64,000 nucleotides of DNA from NCBI RefSeq assembly GCF_009834535.1, contig NC_045697.1, positions 28,708,001-28,772,000 on the forward strand. Direction: 5' to 3'. Made by a program: the position numbers and the translations under genes. Shown here piece after piece: positions 52,112 to 64,000 of the stretch. The stretch is from Camelus ferus (taxonomy: Eukaryota). How positions within the stretch are numbered: position 1 is the stretch's first letter; each line of letters begins with the position of its first letter. Below the pieces are notes generated by a model that was not told the origin of the DNA, made no database searches, and saw only the letters and a list, made by a program, of their open reading frames with translations.

Positions 52112-54688
52112 CAGGCGTATCTCATTTTACTGACCTTCACTTTTTTTGTTGTTTTTTGGGGCGTGGTGGTAACTAGGTCTATCTATCTACATCTATCTGT
52201 TTATTTATTTTTTAATGTAAAGTACTAGGGAACCTAGGACCTTGTTCATGCTGAGCATGCACTCCACCACTGAGCTATACCTTCCCCCCACTATTGCACT
52301 TCATTTTATTGTGCTTTGTGGATATTTTTTTTTTTAAACAAATTGAAGGTTTGTGCCAACCCTGTGTTAAGTAAATCTAATGGTGCCATTTTTCCAACAG
52401 TGTTTCCTCACTTCATGTCTCTCTGTCACATTTTGGTAATTCTAGCCATATTTTAAACTTTTTTCACTATTATTATATTTGTTACAGTGATCGGTGATCA
52501 GTGATCTCTGATGTTACTATTGTAATTGTTTTGGGGTGCTACAAACTGCACTCATACAGGACTATGAATCTAATCAATAAATGTGTATGTTCTGACTGCT
52601 TCAGGAACAGGCGGCTGCTGCCCGACCCCCCCCCCCTTTCCTAGGACCTCCTTATTCCCTGATATACAACATTGAAATTAGCCTAATTAATAATCCTACA
52701 ATGGCCTCTAAGCCTTCAAGTGAAAGGAAGAGTAGCCCATTGCTCACTTTAAATCAAAAGCTAGAAATAATTAAGCTCAGTGCAGAAGGCATGTGGAAAG
52801 CTAAGACAGGACAAAAGCTAGGTCTCTTGTGCCAGCTAGCCAAGTTCTGAATGCAAAAGAAAAGTTCTTGGAGGAAATTTAAAGTGCTACTCCAGTGAAC
52901 ACATGAATAATAAGAAAGTGAAATAGCCTTATTGCTAATGTGGAGAAAGTTTTGGTGGTCTGAATAGAAGATCAAACCAACCACAACATTCCCTTAAGTC
53001 AAAGCCTAATCCAGAGGAAAGTCCTAACTCTCAGTTCTATGAAGGCTGAGAGAAGAAAGGAAACTGCAGAAGAAAAATCTGAATCTAGACGAGGTTGGCT
53101 CATGAGGTTTAAGGAAAGAAACTGTCTCCTAACATGAAGGAAAGGAGAAACGGCAAGTGCTGATTTTAGAAGCTGCAGCAAATTGTCCAGAAGCTCTAGC
53201 TAAGATAGTTATGAAGGTGGCTACACTAAACAACATATTTTCAACACAGATGCAACAGCATTCTATTGGAAGAAGATGCCAAGTAGAACTTTTATAACTA
53301 CAGAAAAGTCAATGCTTGGCTTCAACAGATAAGCTGACTGTCTTGTTAGGGGCTAATGCAGCTTGCAACTTTAAGTGTGAAGCCAATGCTCATTTACCAT
53401 TCTGAAAATCCTAGGGCCCTTATGAGTTATGCTAAATCTACTCTGCCTGTGCTCTATAAATGGAACACCAAAGCCTAGATGACAGCACATCTGTTTACAA
53501 CATGGTTTACTAAATATTTTAAACTCGCTCTTGAGCTTGTCTGCTCAGAAAAAAAAAAAAAAACCTTTCAAAACATTATTGCTCGTTGACAATGCACCTG
53601 GTCACCCAAAAAGCTCTGAAGGAGATGTGCAATGCAATTAATTTTGTTTTTATGCCTGCTAACAAACCATTCTGCAGCCCATGGGTCAAAGAGTAATTCT
53701 GACTTTCAAGTTTTATTATTTAAGACAATATTAACATTTCATGGGCCAAAGCTGATATAGATAGTGATTCCTCTGATGGATCTGGACAAAGTAGACTGAA
53801 AACTTTCTGGAAAGGACTCATCATTTTGGATGCCATTAAGAACACTGGTGACTCATGGGAAGAGGTCAAAATTACAACATTAACAGGAGTTTGAAAGAAG
53901 CTGATTCCAACCTTCATGAAAGACTTTGAAAAGTTCAAGACTTCAGTGGAGGAAATAACTGCAGATGTAGTAGAAATAGTAAGAAAACTAGAATTAGAAT
54001 GGAGTATGAAGATATGACTGAATTGCTGCAAGCTTATGATATTCAAAGATGAGGAGCTGCTTCTTATGGATGACCAAACAAAGTGGTTTCTTAAGATGGA
54101 ATCTACTCCTGGTGAAGATGCTATAAAGCTTGTTGAAAATACAATAAAGGACTTAGAATATTACATAAACTTAGTTAATAAAGCAGTGCAGGGTTTCAGA
54201 GGAATGACTCAAAATTTTGAAAGAAGTTCTACTGTGAGTAAAATGCTATCAAACGGCATTGCATGTTACAAAGAAATCGTTCATGAAAGGAAGAGTTGTG
54301 AAAGAAAAGAGTCGTGAAAGGAAGAGTCAATCAACATGACAAACTTCACTGTCTTATTTCAAGAAATTTTCACAGCCACCCAAACCTTCAGCAACTATCA
54401 CCCTGTCATCAGCAGCCACCAACATTGAGGCAAGACCCTCAACCAGCAAAAAGATTGTGACTTGCTGAAAGCTCAGATGGTTAGAATCTTTTAGCAATAA
54501 AGCATCTTAAAATTAAAATATGCACATTTTTTACATAATGCTACTGCACACTTAATAGGCAACTGTATAGTGTACACATAACTTTTATATGCACTGGAAA
54601 ACCAAAAAATTCATTACTGCTTCATTTTGATATTCACTATATTGTAGTGGTCTAGAACCAAACCTACAATACTTCTGGGTTATGTTGG
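52112..54688 (+). mobile_element. Full-length Tigger1 DNA transposon (about 2.4 kb excluding nested SINE); transposase pseudogenised
   Basis: TA|caggcgtatctcatttta ... gggttatgttgg|TA ends. ATG at 52701 gives MASKPSSERKSSPLLTLNQKLEIIKLS, then frameshifts; later motifs include RGWLMRFK and DNAPGHP. Confidence 0.92.
52144..52291 (-). mobile_element. tRNA-derived SINE (vic-1-like) nested in the left end of Tigger1
   Basis: Minus strand reads gggggaaggtatagctcagtggtggagtgcatgctcagcatg; diverged TSD tactgaccttcacttt / tattgcacttcatttt. Confidence 0.85.
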
Positions 54689-54729
54689 TACATAAACAAC
54701 AAACATTTGGGATTTTCCATGCTAAAAGA

Positions 54730-55330
54730 ATATATATAGGAAGGTAGGAGGGATAAATAGGCAGAACACAGAGGATTTTTAGGGCAGTGAAAATGTTATT
54801 ATAATGATGGATATGTCATTACACATTTGTCCAAACCCATATAATACCAAAAGTAACCCTAAATTAAAATATGAACTTTTGGTGACTATGGTATGTCAGT
54901 GTAGGTCCATTGTTGGTAACAAATGTACCATTCTGATGAGTGATATTGATAAGGGAAGGCTATACATGTGTGGGATAAGGAGATATAGGGGAAATCTCTA
55001 TACCTGCCTCTCAATTTTGTTGTGAAACTAAAACTTTTCTAAATAGATTCCTAAAAAAATACATACATACATATATATATGTTTTAAAGGATTACTTAAT
55101 GAAATGGATGTACTCATGCTATATTGGTTAATGAAAATTTAAAAATAGGAATATGGATGTTGGGTGATGATGACATGTTAATGTTGATTCATCAATTGTA
55201 ACAAACATCAATCTGGTACTGGATGTGATAGGGAGGAGATGGGGTGGGGTTGCTGGGAACTTCACTGTCCACTTAATTTTGTTGTGAACTAAAACTGCTA
55301 TTAAAAAAATAAGTCCATTAAAAAGAAAGC
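54730..55330 (+). mobile_element. L1MC-type 3' end fragments
   Basis: cacagaggatttttagggcagtgaaa...acatttgtccaaaccc...caattttgttgtgaa (present twice). Confidence 0.75.
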
Positions 55331-57599
55331 ACTAACAACTGAACAATAAAGAAAGAAGTATAGAAAAATAGAAACAACTGAGATAGCAGCAGTGCGTTAT
55401 AATCCAAAAAAAACTGATAAGATATCAACTAAAGGATGAGAACTGAATACAGTAGATACAATTATATAACATTACTTCCAAGAGTAATTTTCATTTTATT
55501 ACTGCCTGATGATTTTTATCACTTTCTTCAAAGCTATTTAGGTATATACTTCAAGAAAACCATTTTCTAAACTTCTGGCAGAAACAAAGTAGTCTTCTTA
55601 TATATATTGACTCTTTATGAATCTTAAGTTAAACACTTATTCCATGATTTTCTTTTTGTAGATGAGAAATTCACCTCTACTTACTTTACAGTGGCTAGAT
55701 GAAAGATATTCAATTAACAAACACAGGAAATTACACATGGCCACTGAACTTAAATTTTCAAGTATTAAACAAAATAATTTGGCATCAAATTACTATTAAT
55801 GTTTATTTGAATTCCTACCATAGAAATATTAGGAAATTTTGGAAAAACATGCATTGAATATATATAATAAAAATCCAGTTCATGTTGTAATAATCTAGTA
55901 CATAAAATTCTACTAACCACTCTTAAATTTTACTCTTCCACAGCCTTCCTTAGTGTCATATGACTAAACTCTTAGCAACTAACAGATTCATTCAGACAGT
56001 ATCAATTAGAAATGAATTACTGTTCAATCAAAATGCTATCTGGTCTGGACTTGAGGATAAAAAGACCCCACAAATTGGCATCAAAGAAAAGGTGGTGTTC
56101 ATGTGCTTAAGAAATTCCTTGGTCACTTAGCTTTGCTGATCATGCAAAACCACAACTTAGACACATCACTCTTCAGCTCTGAGGTTTTTTGTTTTTGTTT
56201 TTTTTTAATTCAAATTCCTCTCTTTGGCATTTAAAGATTTTAACAATTTCATTGGTATCTTCCTCTTTTTTCTCCCAACTACTCTCTAAGATGCTTTAGC
56301 TCTAGCAAAATTATTCTACTTATTTTCTTCAGACACACCAAGCACACTTCTGCCTCTCAGTCTTTGTCCCTGCTATTCATCTGTTTGTAATGTTCTGCAG
56401 CCTCTTTGCTTACCAAAGTCTAAGCCTTCAACTCTCAGTCCAACTGTCACCTTCCCTGTGAAACTTTTGACCACCAAAATTCTTAGTATCTCTTTATCCA
56501 AAGAAACAGATACAATCCTAGCATACAACTGGCATTTAACTACGATTAGTTATATGATAATCTCAAATATCCTTCATATAAACAAAATCCATTCCAATGT
56601 TATTTCTAGTATAAATCCAGTTTTCTAAGGGACTCATGCTATTTAAGGACTAGTTTTATCAGCACCAATAATAGTGCCCCTACTCTGACAGAAAGTTTTA
56701 AGTGTTTGATCTTAATGATAATCTTATAACATAAAAAACAACACATATATGACAGTTCCCAACTTTTAAATATTACATAATATACAAAAAACGATATAAT
56801 ATCTGCAATGTCCAAATGAGAGGAACTTTATATTCAGGCATTCCTCTAACTGTGTAGAAGCATACGGGTTGGGAAGCTCTGCATTAATGCAAAAGACCAA
56901 ATGCCAACAGCAAGGGAAAGAAATTTAATAAACTCCTTTGTTACGTTTGCGTTCAGCTTTCTATTGCAACAGTTACCTAGAAACTTCTCTATTTGTTGTC
57001 TTCAGCAAATAAAAATTTGTTAGGCTTTTATATCATCTATAAACTACACTCATTTTATCTTTCTGACCAGGGAACTCAACTGGACATACTTCCGTATGCC
57101 AACAATCTCAGCCAAAGTAGTATTTAAATTGAACAATTAACTCCGAAAACAGAAGCTACCAGAAACAAAATTCATTAAATGTCCTTAAACTTACTGTGAG
57201 CACCAATTAGTTTTTTCCTTTGGACACCTACAGATTTCTGATACTGGGAAAATAAATCATGGCACTGCTATTTCTACATGTCAATGCCGTTTATTCATGT
57301 ATGATTTTTAATAAGCCTTCACCTAATTTCTTTTAAACTCAAGATCTTGAATTAAGCCCTAAGTGAGGCTTGATGACTTCAACATTATCTATGTTACAAT
57401 AATTTTGTCTTCATCTCCACCCCACCTTCATTTTTTTAAACAAACTAAAAAAAAAATCACTAATTCCTTTTGAGTTTTTAAGGAAATCTAAATAGGGTTC
57501 TTACCTCTCTGAACTTCAACACAGCACTATATTTAATCATTTTCATAAAGAACTCTTGCTGTCATGAGGCAATACAATGGCTTTTTTTTTGCAACATAT

Positions 57600-59120
57600 T
57601 AATTTGCCAATTTGCCATTTTAAAAGTAGGCATTACTTGATGATACAGTATTGAGAGGCTGTGCAGTCTTATACTTGCTGGTGGAAGAATAAAATAATAC
57701 AATCCATATGGAGTAGAATTTGACCACCTCCAACAAAATCACTCATAAATTCACTCTTTGGCCTAACAATCCCACTCCTAGGAATTTACCTAGGAGTAGG
57801 TAAAGTGACACTTCCACAAATACACAAGAATATGTGAACAAGCTTATTCACTTTAGCATTATTTTTGATAGCAAAATATTACAAGCAATCTCAAATCAAC
57901 AATGAGACTAGTTGAATAAACTATGGTACATCTATACTTAGAATACTGTAACACTATGAAAAAGAATAAAAAAAGATTTCCAGATATGGTGTGATTTCCA
58001 AGATACACTGGGTGAAAAAGCAAAGTACATGCGAGTATATATAGTAGTCTATTTTTCAAAAGTAAGGGCAGAGCAGAGAAAGGATAAATCAGAAACTAAT
58101 GAAAATGATTATCTACAGTGAGTAGGTATGTGGAAATGAAGAAGGGATAAGGATGGAAATTAGACTTCTCAGAAGTCTAAGTTTTTCTATAGTTCTGACT
58201 CTTGAACTATGCAAAATTAAATAAAAAGAATGAACAGAGTAATCCCTAAAACTGAATACAAGCACTCCTACAACTCAACAATAAAATAAGTAACCTGATT
58301 AAAAAATGGGCAAAAGACTCGAATAAACATTTTTCTAAATAAAATACACAAGTGGTCAACAAGCGTGTAAAGATGATCAATATCCCTAATCATCAGGGAA
58401 ATACAAATCAAAACCACAATGAGATATTACCTCATACCTATTAGGATGGCCGCTATCAAAAACACAGAAAATAACCATTGATATGGAGAAACTAGAACCC
58501 TTGGCCACTACTGGTGAGAATGTAAAATGGTGCAGCCATTATGAAAAACAGTATGAGGGGGGTTCCTCAAAAATTTTTAAACAGGATTATTATATAATTC
58601 AGCAATCTCAGCAACATGTGTCCAAAAGAATTGAAAACAAGATCTCAAAGAGACATATGCACATCCACGTTCATTGAAGCATTATTCATAATAGCTGAGA
58701 GGTGGAAGCAACCTAAATTTTCATTATGGATTAACGGATAAAGAGAATATGGTAGATATACACAGTGGAATATTATACAGCCTTTAAAAAGAAGGAAATC
58801 CTGTCAAATATACTACAACATGGATAAACCCTGAGGACATTATGCTAAGTGAAATAAGCCAGTCACAAAAAGACAAATACCACAGATTCCACATTTATAA
58901 GTAGTCAATCTCTTAGAAATAAGTAGAATGGTGTTTGCCAAGGGCTGAGGAGGAGATGAATTCTTCAGTGGGTACAGAGTTTCAGTTTTGCAATATAAAA
59001 ACATTCTAGATATCTGTTGTATTGAAAATATAGTTAACACCACTGTATTGTACACTTAAAAATGTCAAAGATGGTAAATCGTGCTTTTTTTCTTACCACA
59101 TTTAACCAAAAAAAAAAAAT
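57600..59120 (+). mobile_element. Old L1 fragments (L1MC-type, then L1MA/MB-type 58260-59120)
   Basis: caatcccactcctaggaattta; aaatacaaatcaaaaccacaatgagat; gaggacattatgctaagtgaaataagccagtcac. Confidence 0.8.
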
Positions 59121-59399
59121 TATATTTGTCAGTAGAAATGAAAAGAGTCAACAAATACACATAATTGAATACAAACAGAAAAAAATAAACTAACTATATA
59201 AAAACGGATAACCACTCAGGCAAAAGAATTCAAATTCAAGTAACAGGCACGGTTCTCTATACAACCTTAATGGGACAGAAAGAACTGCGAACAAATCTAA
59301 AAGTGGATGCTAAAACAGCTGAGTAAGAGTTGTTGGAAAACAAGCTACTCTTACAAACTATTTATTACTTTGACCATTACTTATTAATTACAAACTCTT

Positions 59400-60155
59400 T
59401 ACAATGCAGAGAGTTGGCCAACTATACCCAAGTGATCAAACTTAGCTTAGCCAAGAGGACAAAATGATATTATATGTCTCCTGATACGATGATGCAAAGG
59501 GAACTAAACAACGTCAGTTGTATAGCATACTTGCTAAAAAAGGTTCAATCTAAATTTAAATATGAGGAAATGAGACAAAACAGATTATGGAACTCCTATA
59601 AGACAAATGCTTCAAAAACTGTCACATCATGAATGACACCTCCCCTGCCCCTCCAAAAATGATTAAAGGACTTTCTAGATTAAAGGAAATGAAAGAGACA
59701 TGACAAATGCAAGTGTTCCCATATTGGAACTTGGATAGAGGAGGGAAAAAAGTCATTCTTAGGGTAATGGGGAATTTTACTGTCAGTACAATAGATATTA
59801 CTGTATCTATGTTAAATTTCTTGAGTATGATAATGATAATTGTGATAAAGTAGGAGAATGCTCTTGTTCTAGGAAGATTGTTGAAGCATTAAAAGTAGAA
59901 TGTCTACTACTACTTAGTGTCTGCAAATAACTCTCAAAGAAGTGTGATACATCTGTTTCCCTCTATGTGTGTTGGGGGGTGGGGTGGGGGTGCTGGAGAA
60001 ACATAAAAACAAGAAAAAGTGACAAAATGTTAACAGCTGGTGAATCTCAGTGAAGGGATATAGGAATATAAGTGCTGAAGGTATAATTTTTCCAACTTTT
60101 CTAGAGGTCTGAAATGTCTCAAAATAAAAAGTTGAAATAGTTAAAAAAAAAAAAA
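59400..60155 (+). mobile_element. L1MC/ME-type 3' end
   Basis: ccaagtgatcaaacttagc...aagagacatgacaaatgcaa...gtaggagaatgctcttgttct...tcaaaataaaaagtt. Confidence 0.65.
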
Positions 60156-60299
60156 AAGGTGGGAGAAAGCATCATTATGATCAGCTGGTAATACTCTCCA
60201 GTAAAAATTCAAATAATGTAAGAAACAGGTTCTACAATCAAATCATGAGCCTCCCCCATAATTTCCCCCTAATTAGCACATTAAAAATTCCCAACTTTT

Positions 60300-60845
60300 C
60301 CATCAACATATGACTGAATAAAGAAGATGTGGTATATTTATACGATGGAATACTATTCAGCCACAAAAACTGACAACATAACACCATTTGCAGTAACATG
60401 GATGTTCCTGGAGAATGTCATTCTAAGTGAAGCAAGCCAGAAAGAGAAAGAAAAAAACCATATGAGATCGCTTATATGAGGAATCTAAACAAAACAAAAC
60501 AAAACAAAATAAAACAAAACAGAAATACAAAACAGAAACAGACTCATAGACATAGAATACAAACTTGTGGTTGCCAAGGGGGTGGGAGGTGGGAAGGGAC
60601 AGACTGGGATTTTAAAATGCAGAATAGATAAACAAGATTATACTGTATAGCACAGGGAAAAATATACAAGATCTTGTGGTAGCTCATAGTGAAAAAAAAT
60701 GTAACAATGAATATATACATGTTCATGTATGAAAAACTGCTCTACACTAGAATTTGACACAACATTGTAAAATAACTATTACTCAATAAAAAAATGTAAA
60801 AAACAAAACAAAACAATAAATAAATAAAAGTTACATTCTAGAAAA
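60300..60845 (+). mobile_element. Young camelid-type L1 3' fragment (546 bp)
   Basis: Very similar to 45843-46340; perfect 17-bp TSD aaaaattcccaactttt (60283-99, 60846-62). Confidence 0.92.
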
Positions 60846-61009
60846 AAAAATTCCCAACTTTTTTCTTACAGTATTTAAAATAAATTTTACTAATCTAGCA
60901 AATTAGCTGCAAATATATACTGCTATTTTTGAGAGTAAATGTTTCTCAAACGTATGGATGTAACTACAAAGTGTAGAGTTAGTATGCTTTGACTTGTCAT
61001 GAGCGCTCC

Positions 61010-62018
61010 TGTGGTAGATTAAAGACAGCTACAAATTCTTTCCTACTTCTTCCATTGAGAAGTAGGTTGGATTTTTCTCCCTTGAATGTGCCCTGGACTA
61101 TGACTATTTTAACCAGTAAAGTAAGGTAGAAGAATAATGTAGAAGTGCCCCTGCTGATTCTGAATCATCTTTAAAAGTACTGGCAACTTCCTCCATGGTG
61201 TCTTAGAACCCTGAACATAACTACTCTGCTGGAGAGACCATGTGGAGAAGCCCTAACACTACATCACAGACAGGAAAAAGGGTCCAGCTAAGTCCAGTCG
61301 CTCAGTTCTTCCTACCTAGGCACCAAGTGTTTGAGAGAAGCCAGTATGTATATTATAGACCAGTCTAATCACCAGTTGAGTACCACTGAATGAGCCCAGT
61401 AAGCACTGTGGAGTAGAATAATCAAGCCAAGCCCTGCCTTCATTTCTGATCCACAAAACACTAAGATAATAAGAAAAGCTGCTCACAGAAGGCAAAAGGT
61501 GGAAGTAACTCAAGTGCCCATCAAAGGATGAAAGGATAAACAAAAGGTGTTATATACATACAATGAAATATTATCTAGCCTTAAAAAGGAAGTGAATTCT
61601 GACACATACTACAATATAGATGAACCTCGAAGACATTGTGTTAAATGAAGTAAGCCAGTCACAAAAACACCAATATTGTATGATCCCACTTATATGAGGC
61701 TCCCAGAGTAGTCAAATTCATAGAGGCAGAAAGCCAGAAAGGTGGTTGCCTGGGCTGGGGGAAGGGGAAAATAGAGAGGTACAGTTTAATGAGCACAGAG
61801 TTTCAGTTAAGGATGATGGAAGCATTGTGGAGGTAGACAGTGATGAGACCGCACAACAATGTGAATGTACTTATGCCACTGAACTACACACCTAAAAATT
61901 ATTAAAATGGTAAATTTTATGTTGTATGTAGTTTACTGTAATAAATGTTTTAAAAGTTGCTGTTTTACACCACTAGGTTTAGGGCTAGTTTATTACACAG
62001 CAACTGATAACCAGAACA
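61010..62018 (+). mobile_element. MLT1 (MLT1H-like) MaLR solo LTR split by an L1MB 3' fragment (61484-61951)
   Basis: TG...CA ends (tgtggtagattaaaga ... gataaccagaaca); 5-bp TSD gctcc/gttcc; L1 TSD aaaagctgct/aaaagttgct. Confidence 0.82.
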
Positions 62019-63459
62019 GTTCCTCTACAAAAATGGAAGCCTAAAATAAGAATTGTGCTGTGCTAAGCATTACTTCACAAATGTATATTGGCTATATGTG
62101 AGGACTTCATTTTAAGAAATCTTGCCTCTTCATCTAATTTTTAAATTTTTAGTAGAAACATCTGCATCAATACAAATATTAAAATCAAATATATAAACAA
62201 AATTCAGAATTGAAATTACATATTGAATTATATGTATAATTTAACATACTATGTAGCAATTAGGGATAAATAAAAATCACTTATGAATGTGAAAATAATC
62301 AAAACCAAATTAAGTATTTCTGGGGTCCACCTGAAGGGAAGGAAAGGAAAGAATTCATGGCCTTCCTGCCCCTAATCTATTCAGCCCCTCTTCCAACCTA
62401 GGTTTGATGAGAAAAGGGAGATGCCCTACCTAAATTAAGCCCACCACACCCTAATTCCTACTAAACTATCCAATAGGCCAGACTATAGAAAACAGAAGTA
62501 AGAGTGTGGGAAAGAGGGAGAGTGGCTGAAACAAAGAAAAGGATTACAGAAAAATACAAAGCAAACGCAGAAGTAACACCTGGTGGGAGAAAAATGGGGG
62601 ACATTTTCAGAAAAATAAAACCCTATTATTTAATCTTTCCTAACTCTTAGCACCAAGATAGTACTCTGATTTGATTCTCTGACAGAATGAATATGGTAGA
62701 TTCAGGTATGGAGTCGTAGCTAGAGAACTGTGTGGGGCACTGAACTCTGAGAGCAGGTAATAAGAAATGGATATAAGAAACAAATTTCATCTTCCCTATC
62801 TCTTCCTCTAAAAATCGAGGCTTATCAAAGTCTCCCACTTCCAAACTAGCAAGAAAGAAAGAAACAAAAGTAAGTGGCACATAGCTTTGTTGTAATACAT
62901 GATCTGAGACAGATTGTGTGTAACAAACTATGGGCAGAAGCACTTAATGGAACTTTGTACAACACTGTTTACAGATGTATTTTGAATATGTTATAAAACT
63001 TATCAGACATGACCCATGCATTAGTTTCAGAATCCTTAACTAAACAGGAGAGACAATATTAGTGAACTATAGATCTTGATGCTTAATGTAACATTGGTAC
63101 TAAAATGTTTGCTATCCTTCCAAACAGCTAACCTACTTCTATATGGTTTTTAACAATGCTGTCAATTAATATATATTTGTAACTTATCTAAATAACAAAA
63201 CTGTTAATGATGGTTTTCAGCTTTATGTGTCTAGGATTGGTCACAACCTCTCAGACTCAGTTTATTCAACTGGAAAATTAGAATGAAATCAAATAACCTC
63301 TAAACTATCTTTTAGTTCTAAAATTCTAAATACCTGTATTATCATCTCTAGTATGTCATCTCAAGTAAAGTACTTAATTGCAATTCAAAATATTTGCAAA
63401 TTAGCCTTCAATTCCAAAAATAAAAATATTTCTCTAATCCAATATTAATACAAAGTAAT

Positions 63460-63830
63460 CATTCATTTATTCAACAAATACATGTTGAGCATCTAACTAT
63501 ATGTCAGGCATTAAACTTGGCACTGGGAAGATACAAAAGTAAACAGATGTGGTACCTGTTTTCATGAAGCTTACAGAGAAGCCAGGGAGAAAAACCAAAT
63601 AACCATATGCATAACTGTAATATCACAACTGTAATGAGTAATATGAAGGAATTAAAAGAATATATAATAGGGGATCTAAGAAACTTTCCTTAAGAACAAC
63701 AAATGAATGACAAACTGAGAGGAAGGATATATATGGGCAACCGAATTTGGACTCTGTCTAGGCAGCAATCAGCAAGGCATGTTCAAGGAACTGACAGAAG
63801 GCCAGTGTGATTGGACATAAAAATATTTAA
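63460..63830 (-). mobile_element. L2 LINE 3' end
   Basis: attcatttattcaacaaatacatgttgagcatctaactatatgtcaggca...catgaagcttaca. Confidence 0.75.
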
Positions 63831-64000
63831 CACAGCTCCTTTAAAACAGAAATTAAAACTTCTAAAATACAAAAGTATGTCTTAGCCCTTCCAAAGAAAT
63901 GGTCTAAGAATTTTCAAGGAAGTTTCAAAGCATCACAATAGTTTCTCTCTAATGTTAAAAAAAAAATGCTGTCGTATATATATCTCCCTGCAGAAGACCA

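Larger units (their letters stand above)
1..64000 (-). other. PDS5A: PDS5A gene body, partial (large intron 2 through intron 16); promoter, first coding exon and 3' exons are outside the window
   Basis: 14 exons splice in frame to 544 codons matching the recalled PDS5A protein. No match found for the N-terminal MDFTAQPKP... exon or the following REIARKLANP... exon. Confidence 0.96.

Noticed and set aside
52701..54317. Domesticated TIGD-like transposase gene
   Set aside because: Multiple stops and frameshifts; only short ORF pieces remain, such as 54036..54317.
29787..64000. Nested gene, snoRNA/miRNA or first coding exon in the large intron
   Set aside because: No CpG island, no match to the PDS5A N-terminal exon, and all longer ORFs trace to TE remnants or low-complexity AT-rich DNA. 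Small ncRNAs or enhancers cannot be excluded by eye.

Overview
AT-rich, CpG-depleted mammalian genomic DNA lying wholly inside the PDS5A gene (cohesin-associated HEAT-repeat protein) on the minus strand. Fourteen consecutive coding exons (numbered 3-16 by analogy to human) lie between 29786 and 2923. All have GT-AG boundaries and splice into one open frame of 1632 nt (544 codons, about residues 47-590, [10 protein letters not shown]...KQADVCV). The first coding exon lies beyond 64000, so 29787-64000 is part of one very large intron, and the next exon lies before position 1. The tRNA-derived SINEs and the young L1 3' ends resemble camelid (vic-1/Vicugna-type) repeats, so the species is probably a camel, alpaca or llama (inference). 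The introns are mostly transposable-element relics: L1s of several ages, six SINEs, a full-length Tigger1, MER58/MER20/MER5/MER94/Charlie elements, MER21, MLT1 and ERVL pieces, a solo LTR, MIR/L2, and a 3'-truncated 7SK retrocopy. Repeat family names come from recalled consensus sequences, not a database search. I found no novel gene or multi-gene system. The most interesting signals are retrotransposition and duplication events: an L1 lacking almost all of ORF2 within one TSD pair (possibly spliced or HAL1-like), serial 3' transductions, two SINEs inserted at the identical site, an old local duplication bracketing exons 15-16, and a possible read-through short isoform after exon 16.
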